IMG/VR virus record: IMGVR_UViG_3300023703_000810
Length of the DNA stretch: 64,000 bases
Strand: one strand, 5' to 3'
DNA from: an uncultured virus (IMG/VR IMGVR_UViG_3300023703_000810)
Lineage: Duplodnaviria; Heunggongvirae; Uroviricota; Caudoviricetes
Shown here: one piece after another, positions 50,157 to 59,380 of the stretch
How positions within the stretch are numbered: position 1 is the first letter of the stretch
Layout of the letters: each line of letters opens with the position of its first letter
The notes under the pieces: model-generated
Seen by the model: the letters and a program-made list of their open reading frames with translations, nothing else
Databases searched by the model: none
What the model was told of the DNA's origin: nothing
Made by a program: the position numbers and the translations under genes

Positions 50157-51330
50157 AGTAAGTTCATTCCTTAATCGGATTCGATCTGGTTATGCTGGTG
50201 GGCGACCAAGAACTGCAAGACGCAATCGTGTAAGAGCAGCTGCTGGTTCTAAGCGAACGTTGAAAGGTTATACGTTCGATCATTATGATGACATGACAAA
50301 TTTGAAAGAGTTTATGAGTAACAGTGATAATAAAGTTTTCATGGGTGTTTCTGATTTCAGTGACTTGATCACTACAGAAATCTTACAGAAACGAGTGGCT
50401 GCAAACAAGCAGACTTTACACCGCGAGACTACTGTTCTTGCCAACCGTAAGGCTTGGGCTGAATGGTCTGAAGAAGAATTTGAAGGTTGTCTCTTCGTGC
50501 AAGGTTCTGCGTCTTCTGGATTCATCGTTGAAGAAGAAGACTTAAACTATGTCACATACTCTGTGAATAGTAACTCAACAACTGTACGTGCATTTGGTGA
50601 TGAAGTGTTTGTTGAATACATCATTGACTTGGTTACAGGTAAGTTCGACATTGTAACTTCTTACATCGAATGGATCTACTCCAGCGATGGTAACTCTGTC
50701 AACGTTCCACTCAATCGTGATCGTCTCCCAGTTGACGAGATGTACCCATTCCTCAATGGCGAAAAGTTGACTGACTACTACGATCGCTTCATGGAATCTT
50801 CTGCAAACATTCTCCTTTTGATTGGTCCACCTGGAACTGGTAAGACTACATTCATTCGTGGTCTGTTGTCTCACACTGAATCATCTGCGATGGTTACATA
50901 CGATGCAGCTATTCTTGAGAAAGATTATTTGTTCGCTCGCTTTATCGAAGACGACACAAGTGTTATGGTGTTGGAAGACTCTGACGCATTCTTGAAGTCT
51001 CGTTCTGACGGCAACACAATGATGCATCGTTTCTTGAACGTTGGTGATGGTCTTGTGACTACCAAAGGTAAGAAGATGATCTTCTCTACTAACCTGCCAT
51101 CTATCCGTGACATTGACTCTGCACTGGTTCGTCCAGGTCGTTGTTTCGATATCGTTACATTCGATAACTTGACTCTCCCACAAGCACAAACATTGGCAGA
51201 CAAATTGAATGTCTCTCTGCCAGCCAAGCCACGCGGTAAAGAAACTGAAAAGTATTCAATCGCTGAAGTGTTCCACGTTCAGCAAAATCAACCAACTGCA
51301 ACAGCAAACCGAAAGGTGGGTTTTATCTAA
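50110..51330 (+). CDS. AAA+ ATPase (start uncertain)
   Basis: GPPGTGKT, VLEDSD, STN, IDSALVRPGR. Confidence 0.85.
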   Translation: MTTKAIQTRPAATPSEVSSFLNRIRSGYAGGRPRTARRNRVRAAAGSKRTLKGYTFDHYDDMTNLKEFMSNSDNKVFMGVSDFSDLITTEILQKRVAANKQTLHRETTVLANRKAWAEWSEEEFEGCLFVQGSASSGFIVEEEDLNYVTYSVNSNSTTVRAFGDEVFVEYIIDLVTGKFDIVTSYIEWIYSSDGNSVNVPLNRDRLPVDEMYPFLNGEKLTDYYDRFMESSANILLLIGPPGTGKTTFIRGLLSHTESSAMVTYDAAILEKDYLFARFIEDDTSVMVLEDSDAFLKSRSDGNTMMHRFLNVGDGLVTTKGKKMIFSTNLPSIRDIDSALVRPGRCFDIVTFDNLTLPQAQTLADKLNVSLPAKPRGKETEKYSIAEVFHVQQNQPTATANRKVGFI

Positions 51331-51497
51331 TGTATAAAGTTAGTTATTACATGGCAACAGGTAGCAATACCGTTGTCACTAAAACTTTCAAAACATTCCA
51401 AGAGGCATCTGAGTTTTCTCTGACATGTCCTAGAGAAAGTGTTATTGAAGTTAAACTATATCCAGACAATGAGGTTAAGAAGGAAGATCGCACATGA
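51330..51497 (+). CDS. Small hypothetical protein (55 aa, not in ORF track)
   Basis: MYKVSYYMATG...KKEDRT; ATG overlaps the upstream TAA and TGA overlaps the gp47 ATG. Confidence 0.65.
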   Translation: MYKVSYYMATGSNTVVTKTFKTFQEASEFSLTCPRESVIEVKLYPDNEVKKEDRT

Positions 51498-52549
51498 AGG
51501 TAGCCATTATTACAGACATGCATTTTGGTGCACGTAATGATAGTATCGCTTTTTTAGACTTCTTCCAAAAGTTCTATGACAATACATTCTTTCCTACTAT
51601 TGATGATAATGGTATTGACACCGTTCTTATTCTCGGTGATACTTTTGATCGACGCAAGTACGTCAACTTCTATGCCCTCGACAGAGCTAAGAAAATGTTT
51701 TTCGACAAACTTGAAGAGCGTGGCATTACTGTTCATATGTTGGCTGGTAATCATGACACTTATTTCAAAAATACTAATGAGGTAAACTCTCCAGACTTAC
51801 TTCTACAAGAATACAGTAACGTTATCGTTATTGATGAACCAGAAACCATCGTTGTTGATGGTACATCCATTTGCATGATGCCATGGATCTGTCCTGAAAA
51901 CTATCAAGAATCACTTGATATGATGCAGAACACTAAAGCAGAAATTTGTATGGGACATTTCGAGATCGCTGGCTTCTCGATGTATAGAGGAATGGAATCG
52001 CATGATGGACTTGATAAAAGCATTTTTGAAAAATTTGATCTTGTATTCAGTGGTCATTATCACCATCGCTCTTCTGACAAGCATATTCATTATCTCGGAA
52101 ATCCGTATGAACTTACTTGGCAGGACTATAACGATCCCCGAGGATTCCACCTGTTCGATACAGACACTCGAGGACTCCAGTTCATACCAAATCCTTATCG
52201 AATGTTCGAAAGAATCGAGTACGACGATAAAGAAGTCGAGCCGATTGACCTCGACGTAATTGACTTGAAGAATATGTATGTGAAGTTAATTGTTCTAAAC
52301 AAAACTGACTTCTACAAATTTGACAAATTCATTGCCAAGCTGTATAATAAAGGATGTGCTGATATTAAGATCGTTGAAGATATGTCTGAATTCAGCGAAG
52401 GCGAAATTGGCGAAGAAATTTCTCTAGAAGATACTGTCTCTGTTCTTACTCATTATATCGACTCTATTACAACTGATGTCGACAAAGAACAGATTAAGAC
52501 ATTCATGCAAGGTTTATATACCGAAGCAGTTAACATCGAGGTTGTTTAA
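51494..52549 (+). CDS. gp47: Recombination nuclease gp47 (Mre11/SbcD-like)
   Basis: TDMHFG, LGDTFDRR, GNHD, GHFE, SGHYH. Confidence 0.95.
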   Translation: MKVAIITDMHFGARNDSIAFLDFFQKFYDNTFFPTIDDNGIDTVLILGDTFDRRKYVNFYALDRAKKMFFDKLEERGITVHMLAGNHDTYFKNTNEVNSPDLLLQEYSNVIVIDEPETIVVDGTSICMMPWICPENYQESLDMMQNTKAEICMGHFEIAGFSMYRGMESHDGLDKSIFEKFDLVFSGHYHHRSSDKHIHYLGNPYELTWQDYNDPRGFHLFDTDTRGLQFIPNPYRMFERIEYDDKEVEPIDLDVIDLKNMYVKLIVLNKTDFYKFDKFIAKLYNKGCADIKIVEDMSEFSEGEIGEEISLEDTVSVLTHYIDSITTDVDKEQIKTFMQGLYTEAVNIEVV

Positions 52550-54267
52550 TGATTCTATTTAAGTCTGTCCAGTGGAAAAACTTTCTATCCACTGGAAGCT
52601 CGTTCAATAAAGTATTACTGAACAAATCAAGCACGACTCTTATCATCGGTAAGAACGGTGAAGGTAAAAGCACAATCTTAGATGCATTGTGCTTTGGTCT
52701 ATTCGGCAAACCCTTTCGTAATATCAACAAGGGTCAGCTTGTAAACTCTATCAATGGTAAGGGATGTGTTGTTGAAATTGAATTCTCTATCAACAGCAAA
52801 GAGTATAAAATCATTCGTGGTATCAAACCAAACGTCTTTGAGATCTGGTGTGATAACGAGATGGTTAACCAAGACGCTGCCAGTCGTGATTACCAGAAGG
52901 TTCTCGAGCAACAGATTCTACGATTGAACTACAAGACATTCACTCAAGTAGTTATTTTGGGTTCTGCTTCTTTTGTTCCATTCATGCAGTTATCTTCTGC
53001 GCAACGACGTGAAGTTATCGAAGACATCCTTGACATTCGTATCTTCTCTACAATGAATACGATTTTGAAAGAAAAAGCTAATGAGACTAAGGACACTATC
53101 AAGAGGATTGAGGGGGAGATTACAACTGCGAAGACTAAAGTTGATGGACAATCTCTTCTCATTAAAACTCTTACAGATGCCAAGTCAGAAGCTATTGAAT
53201 CTTTACTTTCTAAAATCCAAAGTAATAACTCAGAAATACAGCGAAGCGAAATTACGGTGGCTCAGGCACTTGCTGAGATTGCCACACTCCAATCACGCAC
53301 TGAGAAAAAGAGTGAGATTGATAACGACATTGAAAGAGCGAAGGGGCTTAAATCTAAAGTCGTTGCCAAAGTTGAACACTGTACACATCACACCGAGTTC
53401 TTCAATGAGAACGATGTTTGCCCGTCCTGCTCACAAGACATTCCAGACTCTCATAAAGAAGCGTTACTTAAAGAGTTGAATGATAAGATCGAAGCTGAGA
53501 ATGCCAGAGTAGAAGACTTGAATAAAGTTCTTACTAAGTTGAATACTCAGCTGTATGACATCAATGAGATCCTAAAAGAAATTACTGATAAGAACATCAC
53601 TGTCTCTACATACAATGCTCAAATCAGTATGCTGAATAAACTCAATGCTTCTATGCAAAAAGAGATTGAAGCAGCAAAGGCTGACACAACAAATGTTGAT
53701 GAAGAAAAGCGTAAGTTGAAAGAGTTGGCACAAGAAGCAATGAATAAAATCAATGCTAAGACTCAACTCCAAGAGCAACGTAACATCGAAGAAGTTGCCG
53801 CTGTTCTTTTGAAAGACACTGGTATCAAGACTGCAATCATCCGTGAGTATCTTCCCGTGATGAATAAGTTGATTAATAAGTACCTGACTGCGATGGATGC
53901 GTACATCCACTTCGAGCTAGATGAAGCATTCAATGAGATCGTTAAGTCGCGTCACCGTGATGATTTCACTTATGCTTCATTCTCTGAAGGTGAGAAGATG
54001 CGTATTGACTTAGCGATTCTGTTCACATGGCGTCAGGTTGCTAAGATGAAAAACTCAGTGAACACCAACCTGTTGTTGCTTGATGAGATTTTCGACTCTT
54101 CCCTCGACACAGCTGGTACTGATTATTTCTTGAACCTGATGAATGGCTTCGGTGACAACACCAACATCTTTGTCATCTCTCACAAAGGTGATCAACTGTT
54201 TGACAAGTTTAGAAGTGTGATTAAGTTTGAGAAACGCAATGACTTCAGTGTGATTGCTGCTCCCTAA
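52549..54267 (+). CDS. gp46: Recombination ATPase gp46 (Rad50/SbcC-like)
   Basis: GKNGEGKST; CPSC zinc hook; FSEGEK; LLDEIFD; ISH. Confidence 0.96.
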   Translation: MILFKSVQWKNFLSTGSSFNKVLLNKSSTTLIIGKNGEGKSTILDALCFGLFGKPFRNINKGQLVNSINGKGCVVEIEFSINSKEYKIIRGIKPNVFEIWCDNEMVNQDAASRDYQKVLEQQILRLNYKTFTQVVILGSASFVPFMQLSSAQRREVIEDILDIRIFSTMNTILKEKANETKDTIKRIEGEITTAKTKVDGQSLLIKTLTDAKSEAIESLLSKIQSNNSEIQRSEITVAQALAEIATLQSRTEKKSEIDNDIERAKGLKSKVVAKVEHCTHHTEFFNENDVCPSCSQDIPDSHKEALLKELNDKIEAENARVEDLNKVLTKLNTQLYDINEILKEITDKNITVSTYNAQISMLNKLNASMQKEIEAAKADTTNVDEEKRKLKELAQEAMNKINAKTQLQEQRNIEEVAAVLLKDTGIKTAIIREYLPVMNKLINKYLTAMDAYIHFELDEAFNEIVKSRHRDDFTYASFSEGEKMRIDLAILFTWRQVAKMKNSVNTNLLLLDEIFDSSLDTAGTDYFLNLMNGFGDNTNIFVISHKGDQLFDKFRSVIKFEKRNDFSVIAAP

Positions 54268-54331
54268 AAGTAACTCTTTTGGTTTCCATAAATAATAACC
54301 CTACCCTGTGTAGGGTTTTGTCATTTATCCC

Positions 54332-54360
54332 TTGCCTTTTATCACCAACTGGAGTAAAAT
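54332..54360 (+). promoter_or_regulatory. Sigma70-like promoter (TTGCCT-17-TAAAAT)
   Basis: Intergenic; 17-nt spacer. Confidence 0.6.
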
Positions 54361-54361
54361 A

Positions 54362-54511
54362 ATGTCTACGAATTCGAGATACCTGATTGTAAAAGAGGGT
54401 AAAATAATGATGTTTTGGATTCGGGCATGTGCCGAAATTTATGCTAATGGTTGTGAAGTGAAGGAATTGATATATGATGCAGACAATCGCCACTATGTGG
54501 AAAGACTTTAA
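54362..54511 (+). CDS. Small hypothetical protein (49 aa, not in ORF track)
   Basis: GGAG RBS; MSTNSRYLIVKEGKIMMFWIRACAEIYA...; overlaps the next ORF by 38 nt. Confidence 0.4.
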   Translation: MSTNSRYLIVKEGKIMMFWIRACAEIYANGCEVKELIYDADNRHYVERL

Positions 54512-54662
54512 CGACTTTGAACTTGCATCACTAGCATTTGACTATGGTTTCAAAGATGAGGTAGAATTTGATCTACTGAACGATGGATTCAGGTTGGTCG
54601 ATCGTGGGTCGTTGGAAAAGATCCTAACTGATTATGAGATGGCGCAAGCCTTTGAGGTTTAA
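54474..54662 (+). CDS. Hypothetical protein
   Basis: AAGGA RBS; abuts the next gene. Confidence 0.6.
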   Translation: MMQTIATMWKDFNDFELASLAFDYGFKDEVEFDLLNDGFRLVDRGSLEKILTDYEMAQAFEV

Positions 54663-54664
54663 TA

Positions 54665-56812
54665 ATGGAAATTCAAGCAAGTGACTTGTCAGCACGTTTG
54701 CTGGCTACAGAAAACCTGAACGTGGTTCGTGCTCGTGCACGCACTGCATCGTTCGACATTAAGAATCGTGTACTGACGATCCCAGTCTGGAAAGATATGA
54801 CTCCAGAGATTGAGGATATGCTCATCGGTCACGAAGTGGGTCACGCCTTGTATACAGGCGAAGAGTACCTAAAACCAATCAACGAAAATAAGAGCATGAT
54901 GTCTTATCTCAACGTACTGGAAGATGTGCGTATCGAGAAGATGATCAAGCGTAAGTATCCAGGTCTGCGTAAACGCATGAACGAAGGCTACAAACAACTG
55001 AACGATCGTGACTTCTTTGGTGTGAAACAAGTCCAAGATTTTGACCAGTTGTTGCTCATCGACAAAATCAACTTGTACTTTAAAGCTGGTTTCCAATGTG
55101 GTGTAACATTCGATCCAGATGAAAAGCCATTCGTTAATCGTGCTGAGAAGACTGAGACCATCGATGAAATCATCGACTTGGCTAAGGACATCTACGCATA
55201 CTCAAAAGCTAAGGCTGAAGAAGAAGCTGAGAAGGCTGCAAAGCAACGTGCCGAAGAAGGTGACGCTGACGAAGAAGCTGAGACTGATGACGACTGGGAT
55301 CCAGATTCAGACGATGATATGGAGCAGGAAGATCGTGGTGCTGGTAAAGAGCAACAGAAGGGTACTGCTCCCAAACAGAAAGATGTAACTGATGACGACT
55401 TGGAGTCTAAGACAGAACGTTCTTTCCAAGACAAGTTGCAAGACTTGGCAGACACTGATACTCAATACTTCTACCATAAGATTGATGATGCTTATGTTTC
55501 TGATCCTATCATTCCATTCAAACAGATTCTAAAAGAAACTTCTGAGAAGACTGGTCTTGCTTGGTATGATAAAGAGACTTTGGAAAAACGTCCAGACTAT
55601 ATCGAACAACAAAATAAAATCGATGCGGGCTTCGAGAAGTTCAAGACTGACTCTCAACGCGCTGTGAACTACTTGGTCAAAGAATTTGAGATGCGTAAGT
55701 CTGCGCAGATCTACAAACGCGCTCAGATCTCCAAGTCTGGTTCTTTGGACATGAAGAAAGTCTACGCCTACAAGCTGCAAGACGATCTATTTAAGCGTGT
55801 AACTGTTCTACCACAAGGTAAAAACCATGGTATGGTTTTCTTGTTGGACTGGTCAGGTTCTATGTCTGGCGTTATGGAAGACACGTTGAAACAAGTTATC
55901 AACTTGGCAATGTTCTGTAACCGCACTCAGATTCCATATCGTGTGTTGGCATTCACTTCTCAATACAATGAGCGTGACTATAATCATGCTTACTATGAGA
56001 AACAACGTGAAGTACATCGTGCTCGTGCTGCTTCTGATGAGTCATATCTGTCGAATGCCACGAACACTATGCATATGTTGGAGATCTTCTCTAATCGTAT
56101 GACCACTTCAGAGTTCAACACTATGTGTAAACGTGTGTTAGACTTTAAGTTCTTCTGGAACAAAGGCTACTCCATGGGTGGCACTCCATTGAACGAAGCA
56201 CTCGGTTGGATCTACCATAATCTTGGCACTTACATCAAGAACAACAACATCGAAAAGATGACGTTGATTACTCTTACTGATGGCGAGGGTGGCGCGATGA
56301 CTTCTCATAAGACTGGTAATCTGCATGAAGTTCGTAATGAATATGTTGGCTCGACATATAAACGCATCAAGCTGAAGCATTACATCCGCGACGATCGTAC
56401 TCAGAAGACATATGAGATCAACCGAACTTCTAGCAAACAAACAGAGGTTCTGCTGCGTATGATCAAAGATCGTCACGACATCGTTGTGCTTGGTTTCTAC
56501 GTTACACGCAATGCTCGTCGTGATTTGGAATGGGTTATCAGTTCCAATCTACCAGAATTTACTGGCAGCAAAGACTTGTTGGTTGACACATGGCGCAAGG
56601 AATTCAAGGCTGATGGTTTTGCTTCGGTAAAGAACACTGGTCGTGATGAACTTTTTATCATCCCCCAAGAATCTACCAAGATTGAAGAGGGTGAGTTAAC
56701 AGTCACTGGTGATGCAAACGCTAAAGCCATTGCAAGAAACTTCAGCAAATTCCTGAACGTTAAGAAGACTAGTCGTGTTCTCTTGAACCGATTCATCGGC
56801 TACGTTGCGTAA
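54665..56812 (+). CDS. Metallopeptidase-like + vWA domain protein (CobT-like)
   Basis: HEVGH (HExxH); acidic linker; LLDWSGSM (MIDAS); GGTPL; LTDGE. Confidence 0.85.
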   Translation: MEIQASDLSARLLATENLNVVRARARTASFDIKNRVLTIPVWKDMTPEIEDMLIGHEVGHALYTGEEYLKPINENKSMMSYLNVLEDVRIEKMIKRKYPGLRKRMNEGYKQLNDRDFFGVKQVQDFDQLLLIDKINLYFKAGFQCGVTFDPDEKPFVNRAEKTETIDEIIDLAKDIYAYSKAKAEEEAEKAAKQRAEEGDADEEAETDDDWDPDSDDDMEQEDRGAGKEQQKGTAPKQKDVTDDDLESKTERSFQDKLQDLADTDTQYFYHKIDDAYVSDPIIPFKQILKETSEKTGLAWYDKETLEKRPDYIEQQNKIDAGFEKFKTDSQRAVNYLVKEFEMRKSAQIYKRAQISKSGSLDMKKVYAYKLQDDLFKRVTVLPQGKNHGMVFLLDWSGSMSGVMEDTLKQVINLAMFCNRTQIPYRVLAFTSQYNERDYNHAYYEKQREVHRARAASDESYLSNATNTMHMLEIFSNRMTTSEFNTMCKRVLDFKFFWNKGYSMGGTPLNEALGWIYHNLGTYIKNNNIEKMTLITLTDGEGGAMTSHKTGNLHEVRNEYVGSTYKRIKLKHYIRDDRTQKTYEINRTSSKQTEVLLRMIKDRHDIVVLGFYVTRNARRDLEWVISSNLPEFTGSKDLLVDTWRKEFKADGFASVKNTGRDELFIIPQESTKIEEGELTVTGDANAKAIARNFSKFLNVKKTSRVLLNRFIGYVA

Positions 56813-56863
56813 GTTGTTGATTTTACAGGGGATTTATTCCCCTACTTTTAGTGGGGTTATTGC

Positions 56864-56892
56864 TTGACATTAATCCTGAATTGAGTAATAAT
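56864..56892 (+). promoter_or_regulatory. Sigma70-like promoter (TTGACA-17-AATAAT)
   Basis: Perfect -35 box in the intergenic region. Confidence 0.6.
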
Positions 56893-56928
56893 TAGGTTAT
56901 TGATTGGTTGTTTATTATGGAGAATTTG

Positions 56929-58074
56929 ATGGCGAAGACCGATGTGGCGTTTCGTGAGACTTTTGAGGCTAAGATGCATGCAATGTATCCTGACGTGCAA
57001 ACGAAGGGTGTTGTAAGTCGTCCCCAGCTAATGGAAGTTATGGCTAAACTAAAAACAGAGAAGTTCCCTCTCTGGCTTATGAAGACTAAAGCTGGTCGTG
57101 GCTTGTACGCCATCGATGGTAATGCTGCAGTCGCAGTGAAAACTGAAGACGTGAAAGAATCATTCCAAGTGGACTTAACAAATACAGACTCGCTCATCCC
57201 GAAAAAAGATGCAAACTTCGTGCCATTCGGCAACTATACTGACTTGGAAAACATCATCAAGTCTAAAATCTTCTATCCTGCCTACATCAGTGGTCCAACT
57301 GGTAACGGTAAGTCTACGATGATCGAGCAAATTTGTGCTAAACACAAACGCCCTCTCATCCGTGTTAACTTGAACATGATGACTGACGAAGAACAACTCA
57401 TCGGTACTAAAACTCTGGAAGACGGCAACGTGAACATTGTCGAAGGTCCAGTGCTCATTGCTATGCGCAATGGTACGACTCTCTTGTTGGACGAAATTGA
57501 TGCTGGTTCTGCTAACACTCTGTTGTGCTTACAACCCATCCTCGAAGGTAAGCCATACTACTTCAAACTGAAGAATGAGATGATCGTACCCAAAGAAGGT
57601 TTCAACGTGTTCGCCACTGCTAACACTAAGGGTAAAGGCTCAGACGATGGTCGATACATTGGTACCAACGTGTTGAACGAAGCATTCTTAGAGCGATTCG
57701 CTGTGACGTTCGAACAGGATTATCCTTCTGCAAAGATCGAGCAGAAGATTATCGAGAATCTGATGGTTTCCTACGGTTGTGAAGACCAGGAATTCGCAGA
57801 GACATTGGTGAAGTGGGCTGACGCTATCCGTCGCACCTTTGCCGATGGTGGTGTGGATGAAACAATTACGACTCGTCGTATGATCCACATTGTACGTGCT
57901 TACGCTATCTTTAAGAAGCGTGAGAAGGCGGTAGAACTCTGTTGTAATCGTTTCGATTCGGCTACTAAAACAGCCTTTATCGACCTCTACGACAAGGTTG
58001 CAACCCCTGCTCCAGAGGTTGTCGCCCCTGTTCTACCCACAGCTACAAACCCAACGGACGAGATTCCCTTCTAA
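56929..58074 (+). CDS. MoxR/CobS-like AAA+ ATPase
   Basis: GPTGNGKS, LLLDEID, ATANTKGKG..GTNVLNEAFLERF, ITTRR. Confidence 0.9.
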   Translation: MAKTDVAFRETFEAKMHAMYPDVQTKGVVSRPQLMEVMAKLKTEKFPLWLMKTKAGRGLYAIDGNAAVAVKTEDVKESFQVDLTNTDSLIPKKDANFVPFGNYTDLENIIKSKIFYPAYISGPTGNGKSTMIEQICAKHKRPLIRVNLNMMTDEEQLIGTKTLEDGNVNIVEGPVLIAMRNGTTLLLDEIDAGSANTLLCLQPILEGKPYYFKLKNEMIVPKEGFNVFATANTKGKGSDDGRYIGTNVLNEAFLERFAVTFEQDYPSAKIEQKIIENLMVSYGCEDQEFAETLVKWADAIRRTFADGGVDETITTRRMIHIVRAYAIFKKREKAVELCCNRFDSATKTAFIDLYDKVATPAPEVVAPVLPTATNPTDEIPF

Positions 58075-58098
58075 TCCGTAGGGGATTACAAATACTTG

Positions 58099-58127
58099 TT
58101 GACTTGTAATCCCCTTTGTAGTATACT
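58099..58127 (+). promoter_or_regulatory. Sigma70-like promoter (TTGACT-17-TATACT)
   Basis: Near-consensus boxes; the -35 box sits in the spacer of an 11-bp inverted repeat. Confidence 0.75.
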
Positions 58128-58168
58128 AATGTCTTATCTTGAAAACTCTTTGTAAAAGGAAATTTATT

Positions 58169-58657
58169 ATGTTGAAATTCGCTGCTTTGTCCCTCGCCCA
58201 GAAACGTTTCGTTGTAGCCACTTTGGAAGCTGCACCTCAGTATAAGAAGTCACCTCAGATTACTCTGAAGGAATGTGCTGCAATCTACTACGAATTCCGT
58301 GACCAACGTACTGGCTCCAAGGGTGAGAAGATCGGTTATCCTAACTGGTTGTTCGCTGCAAACAAAGTTGAGCGTGGTGTGTACCAACTCCCAGTCCCAA
58401 CTGCAGATGAGTTGAAGGCATTCCACAAGGAAGTTGCAGATAAAGCTGCACCTGTCGCTAAGGCTAAAGCCAAAGTTGCAAAACTTGCTAAGGCTAAGAC
58501 CGTCAAGGTCAAGTCCACTCCAGCTGCAAAAGCTGTGGAGAAAGAGACTAAGTCTGACCTGAATCGTCTACAGAAAGTTATCGATGAGTCTATGGCTTAC
58601 GATGACGAGACTGAAGACTTCAACCAGATCCTACGTGAGAATGGCATCGAAGTCTAA
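58169..58657 (+). CDS. Hypothetical protein with K/A-rich segment (possible DNA binding)
   Basis: AAGGA RBS; AKAKAKVAKLAKAK tract. Confidence 0.65.
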   Translation: MLKFAALSLAQKRFVVATLEAAPQYKKSPQITLKECAAIYYEFRDQRTGSKGEKIGYPNWLFAANKVERGVYQLPVPTADELKAFHKEVADKAAPVAKAKAKVAKLAKAKTVKVKSTPAAKAVEKETKSDLNRLQKVIDESMAYDDETEDFNQILRENGIEV

Positions 58658-58678
58658 TTAAAAATAAGTTTAGTGTTC

Positions 58679-58714
58679 GCTGACAAGAGATGCCATCCTC
58701 TTGTCAGCTTTTTT
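58679..58714 (+). terminator. Terminator-like hairpin
   Basis: GCTGACAAGAG / CTCTTGTCAGC 11-bp stem followed by T6. Confidence 0.75.
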
Positions 58715-58743
58715 CGTTGATGGTTTATTATGGAGTTTATTAT

Positions 58744-59007
58744 ATGTCTAAACAAGCTAAGTTGTTGAATTACTTGTCTACTGGTGCCGAAGTTACTGCT
58801 AAGCAGATCTCTGGCTCATTTGGTTTGAAGAATCCACACGATGCAATTCACCAATTGCGTAGTCAAGGTCATTGCATCTATAGCAACCGTGCTAAGTTGC
58901 ATGACGGTACAGAAACTACTAAGTACCGCATTGGCAAGCCAAGCAAGCGTATCATCGCTGCTGCTAATGCACTCTTGGGTGCTACTGCTTTTACAGCACA
59001 ACGCTAA
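58744..59007 (+). CDS. Winged helix-turn-helix protein
   Basis: LLNYL..G..VTAKQI...FG...P...IHQLR..G..I pattern; GGAG RBS. Confidence 0.7.
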   Translation: MSKQAKLLNYLSTGAEVTAKQISGSFGLKNPHDAIHQLRSQGHCIYSNRAKLHDGTETTKYRIGKPSKRIIAAANALLGATAFTAQR

Positions 59008-59012
59008 TCGAA

Positions 59013-59032
59013 ATGGGGGATTCGTCCCCCAT
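59013..59032 (+). other. Intergenic hairpin with UUCG loop
   Basis: ATGGGGGA-TTCG-TCCCCCAT; no T tail. Confidence 0.6.
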
Positions 59033-59046
59033 CTCTTGGAGAGACA

Positions 59047-59379
59047 ATGGCAACTATCGACGAAGTTAAAGCATCCCAGTTAGCTACAACTGGTGGTCGC
59101 AAATTTGATGGTGGTAAACTTCAATATGGTTTACTACCTCCACTCGCTTTGGCTGAGACTGTAAAGGTTCTCACGTTCGGAGCCGAGAAGTATGAACCAG
59201 ATAATTGGAAGCAAGTTCCAGATTCTAAGCGTCGTTATTTTGATGCGATGCAGCGTCATCTCTGGGCATACAAAAGTGGAGAACAGATGGATCCCGAATC
59301 AGGTATCCACCACTTAGCACACGCAATGTGTTGCTTGATGTTTTTGTACGAACACGATGTAAAATACTCAAAGGAATAA
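59047..59379 (+). CDS. dATP/dGTP diphosphohydrolase-like protein (DUF5664)
   Basis: KFDGGK..LLP..V..VLTFGAEKY..NW..RH..GE..DPESG.HHLAHA. Confidence 0.85.
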   Translation: MATIDEVKASQLATTGGRKFDGGKLQYGLLPPLALAETVKVLTFGAEKYEPDNWKQVPDSKRRYFDAMQRHLWAYKSGEQMDPESGIHHLAHAMCCLMFLYEHDVKYSKE

Positions 59380-59380
59380 T

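Noticed and set aside
35946..54267. Inteins or introns in gp17, UvsW, gp46 or gp47
   Set aside because: Lengths and motif spacing are normal and no intein-type insertion is visible.
54665..58074. Cobalamin-synthesis auxiliary genes (cobT/cobS)
   Set aside because: Only generic vWA and MoxR-type motifs are visible, with no cobN or other cob genes in the window.
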